From: a virus
Strand: one strand, 5' to 3'
DNA: 64,000 nt
Virus record (IMG/VR): IMGVR_UViG_3300045988_148972
Shown here: one piece after another, positions 46,140 to 54,838 of the stretch
Layout of the letters: each line of letters opens with the position of its first letter
How positions within the stretch are numbered: the first letter of the stretch is position 1
Translations under genes and position numbers: made by a program
Notes under the pieces: model-generated
What the model was told of the DNA's origin: nothing
The model's database searches: none
Seen by the model: the letters and a program-made list of their open reading frames with translations, nothing else

Positions 46140-46360
46140 CTTTGGGCCTTTCTTTTTGTGCGCGTTTTTCTTTCATCCTGCAGGTAAATCTTCATTATCG
46201 TCTTTGTGGCATTCTTCAATTTCTTTGCGTCCGCCGCAAATTTCTTTTTTTCGCACAAACTTCGTGTGTTTTACAACATGCTCATTCTTAGCAGGTTTTT
46301 ATTTGCAGAGAAAATCCGCTTGAGCATCCGCATATTTCTGTAATTCACGCATTTAGTCAT

Positions 46361-46402
46361 TTTTTGTGTCCTTCATTACCGCATTTCGCGTGCGTAATTT
46401 CG
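46361..46402 (+). promoter_or_regulatory. Recurrent TTTTTGTGTCCTTCA element with a -7-like box TAATTTCG
   Basis: TGTCCTTCA at 46367..46375, then TAATTTCG at 46395..46402 (28 nt offset). ATG at 46432. Confidence 0.55.
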
Positions 46403-46431
46403 TGATGTAATCAATTAATTATCAAACGAAA

Positions 46432-48006
46432 ATGGCAACAAGAGCATTTCACGAAATCATGTCTACGCGATTCTGGGACTTTTACCCGGAGTCTCTGCAT
46501 GCTTACCGGAGAACGATTCTTGACAACATTGCCTCACACCGTCCTTACGAGAAACCGGACGAGCGGACCGACAGACCTTACTTCCTTTCTTCGCGCGACG
46601 GGTTTACGGAGAAAACCTACGTGGGTAATTACGACCGCATAACCTACTGGTACGATTTGGAAGAAGACGACCGCATCATTTCGGTTATCGACGTACAGGG
46701 CCCCATTCTTCGTAATGGCGACCTGTGTTCCTACGGAAGCAAGGAACACAAGGACATCATCATGCGTGCTTCTGACGATGCGCATACCATCGGATTTATT
46801 ATCGAGATGGACAGCCCGGGCGGTAGCAGCATGGCGAAGTACGATTACGAGATGGCCCTGAACTACGCCCGCTCAAAAGGAAAGAAGATTGTGGGTCACA
46901 TCGACGGGATGGCCTGCAGTGCCGGTTATGCGCTGATGGCCCTGTGCGACGAAGTGTATTTCACCAATCCGCACGACACGGTGGGATGTATCGGTACCAT
47001 GTGCGCGATGCTCACTAACAAGGACGGCGATGTGAACACCGTGACGCAGGAACGGTACGCCGAGATTTACGCCGACGGATCTCCTTATAAGAACAAGGAA
47101 CACCGCGACGCGGCCGAGGGAAACTACGACGGCATCAAGGAAGAGCTGAACCGGCTTTGCGCCGATTTTCAGCAGATGGTACGCGAGCGCCGTCCCAGAG
47201 TGACGGACGACCAGCTGACCGGAAAAACTTTCGATGCGGGCGATGTGGTGGGTACCATGGTCGACGGTCAGGGTGACTTCAAGTTCTGCGTGAACCGCGT
47301 GCAGCAGCTGGCCGGAGTGAGTCAGAGTCAGAAAGGAAATTCGTCCGGAGCCTCACGTGAAGACAGAAAATCGGCAGGAATCAAGGAAGAAAAGCAGCCG
47401 GGAACACAGGAACAGGCTTCTGTGGAGCAGCCGGCATCAGATAAAACAGAATCACAAACTCAAAAACAAGCAACTATGGCAAAAAGCTATCCATTTATTC
47501 AGTCGGCTGCAAAGGTAAACTCCCTGGTAGTCGAAGAAAACGGCGGTTTCTACATGGTGGAAACCATGGCGGACAATGTAGAAGAGTTCGTCATGAAAGC
47601 CAAACAGACGGAATCTACGCTGGCTGCAAAACTCACGGAAGTAGAACAGCTTAACGCAACCATCGAACAGATGAAGAAAGACCATGCGGAAGCACTGGCC
47701 AACCTGAAAGCGGAACACGAAAAAGAGGTTTCTTCATTGAAGGACGCTCATAAGAAGGAATCGGAAGAACTGACAGCGAAGCTGAATGAAGCTCAGAAGA
47801 ACATCGAACAGAAGGATGCGGAAATCAAGGAGCTGAGCGAAACGGCACAGCTGGAACCTACTCCGCAGGACCCGCCGAAAGACAACAACGGAGGTCAGGA
47901 AAGCGGACAGTTCCATGTGCAGAGCGTATCCGGTGAAAACATGAGCTGGGCCGAAAAAGCTGAAGCCCGCCGCAAGCGTGATGCTGAAATCAGCAAAGCA
48001 CGATAA
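46432..48006 (+). CDS. Prohead protease (S49/ClpP-fold) fused to a coiled-coil scaffold domain
   Basis: MDSPGGS and GMACSAGYALM serine-protease motifs of the SppA/S49 family. The C-terminal 170 aa are Glu/Lys/Ala-rich and coiled-coil. Immediately upstream of the capsid gene. Confidence 0.8.
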   Translation: MATRAFHEIMSTRFWDFYPESLHAYRRTILDNIASHRPYEKPDERTDRPYFLSSRDGFTEKTYVGNYDRITYWYDLEEDDRIISVIDVQGPILRNGDLCSYGSKEHKDIIMRASDDAHTIGFIIEMDSPGGSSMAKYDYEMALNYARSKGKKIVGHIDGMACSAGYALMALCDEVYFTNPHDTVGCIGTMCAMLTNKDGDVNTVTQERYAEIYADGSPYKNKEHRDAAEGNYDGIKEELNRLCADFQQMVRERRPRVTDDQLTGKTFDAGDVVGTMVDGQGDFKFCVNRVQQLAGVSQSQKGNSSGASREDRKSAGIKEEKQPGTQEQASVEQPASDKTESQTQKQATMAKSYPFIQSAAKVNSLVVEENGGFYMVETMADNVEEFVMKAKQTESTLAAKLTEVEQLNATIEQMKKDHAEALANLKAEHEKEVSSLKDAHKKESEELTAKLNEAQKNIEQKDAEIKELSETAQLEPTPQDPPKDNNGGQESGQFHVQSVSGENMSWAEKAEARRKRDAEISKAR

Positions 48007-48049
48007 GAGATAAGAACACGACACAAAAACTAAACCAGACACAAACAAT

Positions 48050-49306
48050 ATGGCTACAAAGTTATACGCACTCAGTGAAGAGAATGTATCGCATGTAAAA
48101 GACATTCTTGCTCCGGACATCATCGAAAGCCCGGTTCTCGATAACATGGCAGTGTTCAACAAACTTCGCATCAAGGTTATCGAAGATATTGAATACGCAC
48201 AGACTCAAATCATTTTCCGTCGTAAGGGTGGTGAAGCCCGCCGTTACAAGGAAGGTTCTACGCTGAAGTCAACCCTTGGTTTCATGGACGAAAGCAAACT
48301 GGTGATGAACCAGATTTGGTCACGTTACTACGAAAATCTTCAGAACTTCCGCGAAAAACAGCCGTTCAGCATCCTGGGTTCAAACGGAACCTACAATGCA
48401 CCGGTTACAGAATTTATCCTTCGTCAGATTGGTAAGCAGTTTGCCGGCGATAACCTGAGCAACCTGTTCTTCGGTAACATTGAATTGGGAGAAGACAACC
48501 CGCTCAGTCTGTACAACGGTTACTGGACTATCATTGACAACCTTATTAATCAGGGTAAGATTTCTTCCAAGGAAGGAAACCTTGTGGCTTGCGACCCGAT
48601 TAACGAAGGTCCTGAAACTCAGGATGGAGAAAACTTCGACGCATTTGTAGAATGGGTGGAAGGATGGCATCCGCTGTTGCGTAACGCTCAGGAAGTAATC
48701 GTTTACATGTCGCCGAAGCAGAAGCGACTCATTACTCACAGCTACATGCGTAAGTTTACCGGATTGCAGACTACAAGTGCAGGCGGTGAAGGATTCTCAT
48801 TCGTGGGAATGGAAAACATCAAGATTGTAACCGACGGTATTATTGGTAAGGGTAATCGTATGATTGCAACTCTCCCTGAAAACCTGCAGTTCGGTCTTGA
48901 CCGTGCAAGCGACTGGAACTCGGTGATGATGAGTCACGACCCGAACGACTTGAACGTGCTGATTTTCCAGGTACAGTCTACCGTAGGCGCACGTATTCTG
49001 GATATCGCACCATCCAAGTTCTGTGTGAGCAACGGTACTATCGAACAGATTGAACAGCTGAACGGCGACTATCAGAAGAATACCCTGACCGTTACTTCCA
49101 ACAACGAAGAATGGGGTAAGGTAACTCTGGCTCCTCAGAAAGATGTCTACACGAAGGGTGAAACCGTGAAACTGACTCCAGCTCCTGAAAGCGGATACCA
49201 CTTTGTGAAGTGGAGTGACGGGGGTACCATCTCTCCGCGTGACATCGTTTACAGCGGATTCCCGACATATCTTCAGGCAATTTTTGAAGCCGATGCGGAA
49301 GAGTAA
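48050..49306 (+). CDS. Major capsid protein with a C-terminal Listeria-Bacteroides-repeat-like domain
   Basis: 418 aa, directly after the protease-scaffold gene, with a strong CA-rich leader. The C-terminus ..WGKVTLAPQKDVYTKGETVKLTPAPESGYHFVKWSDGG.. resembles Flg_new / InlB B-repeat domains. Confidence 0.65.
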   Translation: MATKLYALSEENVSHVKDILAPDIIESPVLDNMAVFNKLRIKVIEDIEYAQTQIIFRRKGGEARRYKEGSTLKSTLGFMDESKLVMNQIWSRYYENLQNFREKQPFSILGSNGTYNAPVTEFILRQIGKQFAGDNLSNLFFGNIELGEDNPLSLYNGYWTIIDNLINQGKISSKEGNLVACDPINEGPETQDGENFDAFVEWVEGWHPLLRNAQEVIVYMSPKQKRLITHSYMRKFTGLQTTSAGGEGFSFVGMENIKIVTDGIIGKGNRMIATLPENLQFGLDRASDWNSVMMSHDPNDLNVLIFQVQSTVGARILDIAPSKFCVSNGTIEQIEQLNGDYQKNTLTVTSNNEEWGKVTLAPQKDVYTKGETVKLTPAPESGYHFVKWSDGGTISPRDIVYSGFPTYLQAIFEADAEE

Positions 49307-49326
49307 CCTGCTCGCTGAGATAAAAC

Positions 49327-49348
49327 AGGCTGCCAAGTTTGGCAGCCT
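49327..49348 (+). other. Perfect 9-bp stem-loop without a U-tract, between the capsid gene and the next gene
   Basis: AGGCTGCCA-agtt-TGGCAGCCT. Confidence 0.5.
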
Positions 49349-49385
49349 TCACAACACAAACACAAACCTTTAAAACGAGACAATT

Positions 49386-49928
49386 ATGGCAGATATGGCA
49401 TGTGATTTAATGGATATTGGTCAGGCTGCAGCTGGTTGCGAAGAACAGTTTGCCGGTATTGGTAATCAGATCTATGTAGCCTACCCGGAAGATCTGTCAT
49501 CGCCGCCTACTTATGATCAGAAAAAAGCTGCTTTTGTTACGGGTGCGTTTACATTCAAGGCCCAAAAAGGAGCCTGGAAGTTTCGTATCAAGAAACAGAG
49601 CGGACAGATTTCTTCAACCGGTAACGAAGGCGCAAAGGGATATAACGTACAGCTGATGTTTACCATCGACAAGGACGTTCAAAATGCAGCCCATGTGCTC
49701 CGCATCCTGAAAAACCGTGGTGACGCTATTTTCTTTGCGGAAAACCCCGCTGGAGGTTACTATGTAGTGTACGATCCTACTTTCGGTACGGAAGTGAACA
49801 ACAACTACGACAGTGGTACCACTCCGGATTCAGACAGCGGTCATGCAGTAACAGTGACCAGCAACCCGAACAGATACTCCCTGACTACTTGGGACGGTAC
49901 GCTGACTATCAAATCGGAGTTGGGATAA
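49386..49928 (+). CDS. Abundant virion protein, paralog A (tail-tube- or decoration-like)
   Basis: 180 aa, CA-rich leader. Tandem duplicate of 49960..50526 and relative of 6709..7326. Confidence 0.7.
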   Translation: MADMACDLMDIGQAAAGCEEQFAGIGNQIYVAYPEDLSSPPTYDQKKAAFVTGAFTFKAQKGAWKFRIKKQSGQISSTGNEGAKGYNVQLMFTIDKDVQNAAHVLRILKNRGDAIFFAENPAGGYYVVYDPTFGTEVNNNYDSGTTPDSDSGHAVTVTSNPNRYSLTTWDGTLTIKSELG

Positions 49929-49959
49929 TTATTACACAAACGATAAAATATGAGAGACT

Positions 49960-50526
49960 ATGGCACAAATGGCATGTGACTTAATGGATATTGGTCAGGC
50001 TGCAGCCGGTTGCGAAGAACAGTTTGCCGGTATCGGTAATCAGATTTATGTCGCTTATCCGGAAGACCTTACGGCAAAGCCTGTATATGAAGCATCTAAA
50101 GCTGCATTTACTGAAGCTTCTTTTGCTTTTTCTCCAGGTAAAGGAGCCTGGAAGTTCCGTATCAAGAAACAGAGCGGTCAGATTTCTTCAACTGGCAACG
50201 AAGGAGCAAAGGGATATAACGTACAGCTGATGTTTACCATCGACAAGGACGTTCAAAACGCAGCCCATGTGCTCCGCATCCTGAAAAACCGTGGTGACGC
50301 TATTTTCTTTGCGGAAAACCCCGCTGGAGGTTACTATGTAGTGTACGATCCTACTTTCGGTACGGAAGTGAACAACAACTACGACAGTGGTACCACTCCG
50401 GATTCAGACAGCGGTCATGCAGTAACAGTGACCAGCAATCCGAACCGCTACTCTTTGACTACCTGGGCTGGAGTTCTTACTCTGAGATCAGAAGCAGAAG
50501 AAGATGAAGAAGAAGTAGGAGGTTGA
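49960..50526 (+). CDS. Abundant virion protein, paralog B, with an acidic C-terminal tail
   Basis: 188 aa. Nearly identical to paralog A apart from residues ~35-60 and the C-terminus (..RSEAEEDEEEVGG). Confidence 0.7.
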   Translation: MAQMACDLMDIGQAAAGCEEQFAGIGNQIYVAYPEDLTAKPVYEASKAAFTEASFAFSPGKGAWKFRIKKQSGQISSTGNEGAKGYNVQLMFTIDKDVQNAAHVLRILKNRGDAIFFAENPAGGYYVVYDPTFGTEVNNNYDSGTTPDSDSGHAVTVTSNPNRYSLTTWAGVLTLRSEAEEDEEEVGG

Positions 50527-50571
50527 TCAACCGTTCGATTTGCATATTCTAACAAACGAAAAAGTGGATTC

Positions 50572-50607
50572 AAAGTCCGGCACTTGCTAATCGGTGCCGG
50601 ACTTTTT
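50572..50607 (+). terminator. Rho-independent terminator
   Basis: Perfect 12-bp stem AAAGTCCGGCAC / GTGCCGGACTTT with a 10-nt loop, running into a T-run. Confidence 0.75.
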
Positions 50608-50644
50608 ATGTCCTTCAACGGCATATTGGTTTTCCCTACTTTTG
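50603..50644 (+). promoter_or_regulatory. Recurrent TTTTTATGTCCTTCA element with a -7 box TACTTTTG
   Basis: TGTCCTTCA at 50609..50617, then TACTTTTG at 50637..50644 (28 nt offset). ATG at 50672. Confidence 0.6.
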
Positions 50645-50671
50645 GTGTAAAGTAATTGAAAAACAAAGGAT

Positions 50672-51874
50672 ATGATAACAGAGAAAGAATATTTAAAAGA
50701 CTACAGAACGATGAATGAAGAAGAAAAGAAAGACTATCTGGACCGTGTGAAACGATGGACGGACGAAACTTTTCCGGAACTGCTGGCGCTGGCCGAATGC
50801 TGGATGAAGGTGCCTGTGAAGGATTTCGACGAAGGATGCCGTCTGGTGTCGGCCATTGTGCGGGCAAAGGATTTCCTTCGCGACGTACAGCGCTATGAAG
50901 CCCGCCGTGCACTCAACAAGATGAACCTGTTCCTGCAGGAAGTACGGAAAAAATCCGGTCTGGCCAAGAAAGCCACTCGCGGTCCGGTAGGAACCGTTCG
51001 TTACAAAGCGATTGTTCCTGATGACGGTGCGCCCGATGAAGAAGGAAACATGACCGCACGCCAGTACGAAGAGCAGGAAGTGGACGGACGCAGACCGAAA
51101 GAATTTGCACTCTATAAGGATAAGCTGCCAAAATCTCTCCGTGACAAGGGAGAAAAAGAACTTTCAGCCATGTACCTGGAACTGGCAGAGTATCGCGGCA
51201 CGCTGGAGGTAATGGCCGAAAACCCAAACGTAAGCGACGAAGCACGTGCAGATATGGCACAGAAAGCCATTGCGTCCGAGCAGAAAATCCGCGCGTTCTG
51301 GACCAATGTGGATGCAGCACTGAACGGTACCTACACAGAGCCGGAAACTTCCACATCCGACAGCATGAAACGCCCTGGCGACTTTACCCGTGCCGAGATA
51401 GAGGACATGAAGGATGTACGCCAGCAGGTAGTATGCCGAAAGGCCCGCGTGGAGGGAAACAAGAAATACATCAACCGCAGCGACGTGAAGATTACGGAGG
51501 AGTACAAGGAACAGCTTCGCCTTCGTATAGAGGAGCTGATGGAGTGGGGCGAAAACCTGCCTAAGAAAACGGCAGAAGTAGCCACTGCAGCCGGTATCTC
51601 CATTCCCGGTGTAAACGCTCCGGTTGCATCCGTACAGACAGAAGCAAAGCCAGCTTCCACCGATAAAGCGGAACCGAAAGAAACGGAAGTAAAGCCAGAA
51701 AAGAAAGCTGAAAAGACCGAAAATAGTACCGTAAACGAGGAAAAGCGTGCCGAACCCACGGAAAACCGCCAAAAATCGGCAGAAGAACCGAAAAAAGCTA
51801 TAGAAACTCCGCGCAAGAAAGTAGACCCTACTGAAAGCGTAACCGAAGGCCAGATGAAAGGAGGTGCGTTATGA
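50672..51874 (+). CDS. Hypothetical protein (400 aa) with a Lys/Glu-rich C-terminus
   Basis: ATG ORF behind the promoter element. No recognised motif. Confidence 0.65.
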   Translation: MITEKEYLKDYRTMNEEEKKDYLDRVKRWTDETFPELLALAECWMKVPVKDFDEGCRLVSAIVRAKDFLRDVQRYEARRALNKMNLFLQEVRKKSGLAKKATRGPVGTVRYKAIVPDDGAPDEEGNMTARQYEEQEVDGRRPKEFALYKDKLPKSLRDKGEKELSAMYLELAEYRGTLEVMAENPNVSDEARADMAQKAIASEQKIRAFWTNVDAALNGTYTEPETSTSDSMKRPGDFTRAEIEDMKDVRQQVVCRKARVEGNKKYINRSDVKITEEYKEQLRLRIEELMEWGENLPKKTAEVATAAGISIPGVNAPVASVQTEAKPASTDKAEPKETEVKPEKKAEKTENSTVNEEKRAEPTENRQKSAEEPKKAIETPRKKVDPTESVTEGQMKGGAL

Positions 51875-52437
51875 GAATAATTGAGCCCTGCTGCTACCAC
51901 AAGCAGCTGGAAGGCATGATTGACGAGTGCAGCAAAAAGCACACGGCTGCCAGCTTCTTCAGCTACTCAGACTGGGACATGTGCGACCTCCTGGGCACGC
52001 TGTCCGGTTACTGTTCAGGAGGTGAAATGGGTATTGTCATGGTGCGGCTCGATGTGAAGCTCATTCAAACCATCCGTCGTATTCTTTCGCGTGTGAAGCC
52101 CGATCCTGCAAATCCGTCGAACCATTTTGCTGACGTCAGCAAAATGATACTGGTAGCGCAGCCTGCATCCACAGGAGCCACCTTCAACCAGCGTCAGGAG
52201 ATTCGCACGCAGTTGGGCGATTTTATCAAGTCGGGCCGGCTGGTGGTGTGTGAGGACAATGTGGGTTTCCGCTGCGTCACGGTGAAAAGCAAATCGCACA
52301 GCCTGGTTATCCAGGGAAGCCTGAACACCCAGCGTAGCAACGCCATGCAGATGTTCACGCTTACCACTTCTCCGGAAGAGTATGAGAATGTGGCGGAGAT
52401 GTTGCGGATGAAAGAGCATACGAAAAAGGTTTTATGA
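51871..52437 (+). CDS. Hypothetical protein (188 aa)
   Basis: ATGA overlap with the upstream gene. Confidence 0.6.
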   Translation: MRIIEPCCYHKQLEGMIDECSKKHTAASFFSYSDWDMCDLLGTLSGYCSGGEMGIVMVRLDVKLIQTIRRILSRVKPDPANPSNHFADVSKMILVAQPASTGATFNQRQEIRTQLGDFIKSGRLVVCEDNVGFRCVTVKSKSHSLVIQGSLNTQRSNAMQMFTLTTSPEEYENVAEMLRMKEHTKKVL

Positions 52438-52481
52438 TTCTTCAGGCAGAAGTACATAATAACATATTCATTGAATGATGT

Positions 52482-52513
52482 AAAAATAAGCATGTTTCGA
52501 TGTGCTTATTTTT
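52482..52513. terminator. A/T-flanked hairpin terminator
   Basis: AAAAATAAGCAT (52482..52493) pairs with GTGCTTATTTTT (52502..52513), including one G-U. Confidence 0.55.
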
Positions 52514-52570
52514 ACATTAAAAGTTAAATAGTTGTTTTTCAGATTTATACAATAATAAATTAAGAAGATT

Positions 52571-52774
52571 ATGAAGAAATATATCAGAACAGAAGAAGTT
52601 CAGGCTACGGAAGCAATTCTGAAAGGTGGTAATATTTACCTTCCTACGGATGCAATACCCAAAACGATGGAACCGAGAGTGGAAGGATACAAGGTCGTAG
52701 ATTCCAATGGATGCGTCAGTTTTATTCCAAAAGCGGAATTTAAGAAAAGATACAAATGTGTTGAAACAGTCTAA
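52571..52774 (+). CDS. Small hypothetical protein (67 aa)
   Basis: ATG ORF. Its pattern ..V.A......G....SFIPKAEFKKRY resembles the N-terminal domain of the next gene. Confidence 0.5.
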   Translation: MKKYIRTEEVQATEAILKGGNIYLPTDAIPKTMEPRVEGYKVVDSNGCVSFIPKAEFKKRYKCVETV

Positions 52775-52790
52775 AAACCCCAATACAACT

Positions 52791-53351
52791 ATGAAATATA
52801 AGAAAAGACCTGTGGTTATTGAAGCTGTAAGATGGGATGGTTCAAACGCCTTGGATATTTTGACATTTGCTGGATTTGATAAAAAGAATATCGGTGATAT
52901 TTATGAAAACTCTAGCATTTTGATTTATACGTTAGAAGGAAATATGACTGCTAATGTAGGAGATTACATCATAAAAGGAGTAAATGGAGAGTTCTACCCA
53001 TGTAAACCTGACATCTTTGAAAAGACCTATTTACCAGTGAATGAGAATGGTGATTCGATGTGTTTCGGTGATGCGATTGAAGTCCTCAAACAAGGTGGAG
53101 CAGTCCGAAGAAAAGGCTGGAATGGGAAAGGTATGTTTGTCGTCAGGCAAGTCCCGGCACACATTGAAAACGATATAATTCCGAAAATGCAATCACTCCC
53201 ACAATCCGCCAAAGACATTATCCTAAAAGGAAAAGGATTTATTGATTACACGTGCCAGTGCCTTATTTACAATGAGAATACCGGGCGTGCTGACTCATGG
53301 AATCCTTCCATAGCGGATGTATTCGCAGAAGACTGGGAGATTTTACAATAA
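52791..53351 (+). CDS. Two-domain protein with a C-terminal DUF2829 (Tad2-family) domain
   Basis: ATG 52791 (MKYKKRPVVIEAVRWDG) follows the upstream stop. The C-terminal half FGDAIEVLKQGGAVRRKGWNGKGMFVV...W.PSIADVFAEDWEIL matches the DUF2829 pattern. Confidence 0.7.
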   Translation: MKYKKRPVVIEAVRWDGSNALDILTFAGFDKKNIGDIYENSSILIYTLEGNMTANVGDYIIKGVNGEFYPCKPDIFEKTYLPVNENGDSMCFGDAIEVLKQGGAVRRKGWNGKGMFVVRQVPAHIENDIIPKMQSLPQSAKDIILKGKGFIDYTCQCLIYNENTGRADSWNPSIADVFAEDWEILQ

Positions 53352-53405
53352 TTATAACAAAAACGATGGAATAGAAACATGTTTTGAAAAATAATATATG
53401 TTACA

Positions 53406-54191
53406 ATGGATTTAGGAAGTGGTATAAAGCTGATACATGGAGATTGTCTGGAAGAAATGAAACATATTCCTGATGGTAGCGTGGATTGTGTGGTTTGTGA
53501 TTTGCCATATCAAATAACATCATGCAAGTGGGATAAAATAATACCACTTGAGGATTTATGGAATTTATATAACTATAAAGTAAAAACAAATGGAGCGGTC
53601 ATATTATTTGGGAGAGAACCATTTACATCAAATCTTATATTAAGTAATTTAAAAAATTACAGACAGAAGCTTACATGGCTAAAAACAAGACCTACCAATG
53701 TAATGAATGCAAAAAAGCAATTTATGAATTGGACTGAGGATATAATTATTTTTTATAAAAAACAACCTACATATAATCCTCAGATGAGAACAGACGGACT
53801 TTTTACAGGTAGAAAAATTCAAAGATGTAATACGGATAGAAGTAAAGGTGTTCTTGGGAAAACAGGAGAGAAAAAAGATTATGTTCACGAAGGGAATAAC
53901 GGACTATTTTATCCGAAATCAGTGCTTGAATTTTCTAATGTAAATAATAAAAATATTCATCCCACCCAGAAACCTGTTCCATTAATTGAATATCTGATAA
54001 AGACCTATTCTAATGAAGGAGATTTGATATTAGATAATACAGCCGGAAGCATGACCACAGCCATTGCAGCCATCAATACTGGCAGAAGTTGTATCTGTAT
54101 AGAAAAAGACGACAATTACTTTAAAATAGGATATGAGAGAGTGATCAATCACTTGAAAGAAACACAATCACAATTATGGCAAGCGAAATAG
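53406..54191 (+). CDS. DNA methyltransferase (N6-adenine/N4-cytosine family, beta class), orphan
   Basis: Motif IV DLPY near the N-terminus (VVCDLPYQ). HPTQKP and the AdoMet motif LILDNTAGSMTT near the C-terminus. No adjacent restriction endonuclease gene. Confidence 0.85.
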   Translation: MDLGSGIKLIHGDCLEEMKHIPDGSVDCVVCDLPYQITSCKWDKIIPLEDLWNLYNYKVKTNGAVILFGREPFTSNLILSNLKNYRQKLTWLKTRPTNVMNAKKQFMNWTEDIIIFYKKQPTYNPQMRTDGLFTGRKIQRCNTDRSKGVLGKTGEKKDYVHEGNNGLFYPKSVLEFSNVNNKNIHPTQKPVPLIEYLIKTYSNEGDLILDNTAGSMTTAIAAINTGRSCICIEKDDNYFKIGYERVINHLKETQSQLWQAK

Positions 54192-54835
54192 CACAACGAT
54201 TCTACGACCTGCTGCGGAAGCACTTTGAAACGGGTGTGCCGTGGCAGAACATGGCCTTTACCGACGAGCAGAAAAAACGGGTGGAAGTCTGCCTGGATGC
54301 GTACAAGCGCTTTGAGGAGGACCCGTTCATGAATCTGCGTCAGTACATCATCAACCGGTGGAAACGAACGTACAGCCAGTTAGGAGGCGACCTGAAGGTG
54401 ATAGACTTTATTTCGTCGTTCTACGCCAAGGGGCAACGAAACATTTCCTCAATGAAGGTGCGCCACGCCGCCGACCTGATGATGCGCAACGGAGCCGATA
54501 CGGGCGACATGAAAGCGGTGTACAACGGTGCCAGCCTGCTCACAAAGATTGACCGTCTGGACCAGCCGGAAACACCGGAGGAACTGGGCGACGAACTGAT
54601 ACGTATGCCGGTAGTCATTACATCGGATGTAAAGAAGAAATTCCCGAACAAAACCGGGCACGACAGCGAGGAAATGCGCCGCCTGAGAAAGAAATACGGC
54701 GTGAAGCTCGACCAGTGGCAGGAGATGGTGGAAGACGACGAAGGCGTATATGTAAGCGAGGTACAAAACGGCCCGGACGAGGAATACGATGAAGTAAACC
54801 GGGACGATTTTACACAACCGAGAGAGGAGGAATAG
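54176..54835 (+). CDS. Possible small terminase subunit
   Basis: 219-aa ORF immediately upstream of the large terminase. Assigned by position only. Confidence 0.4.
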   Translation: MASEIAQRFYDLLRKHFETGVPWQNMAFTDEQKKRVEVCLDAYKRFEEDPFMNLRQYIINRWKRTYSQLGGDLKVIDFISSFYAKGQRNISSMKVRHAADLMMRNGADTGDMKAVYNGASLLTKIDRLDQPETPEELGDELIRMPVVITSDVKKKFPNKTGHDSEEMRRLRKKYGVKLDQWQEMVEDDEGVYVSEVQNGPDEEYDEVNRDDFTQPREEE

Positions 54836-54838
54836 ACC

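Noticed and set aside
45979-46323. Four overlapping 64-104-aa ORFs on both strands in the 46058..46431 spacer
   Set aside because: The region is T-rich and of low complexity (Phe/Leu/Cys strings). The ORFs are mutually exclusive, and the spacer contains a stem-loop and the conserved promoter element. I treat it as non-coding.
47734-49352. - strand ORFs 47734..48174, 48380..48739, 48797..49336 and 49092..49352
   Set aside because: They are antisense to the protease-scaffold and capsid genes and have no independent signals.
51164-51942. Two overlapping ~200-aa - strand ORFs (51164..51772 and 51331..51942)
   Set aside because: Both are antisense to 50672..51874 in a GC-richer region. They overlap each other in different frames and have low-complexity composition.
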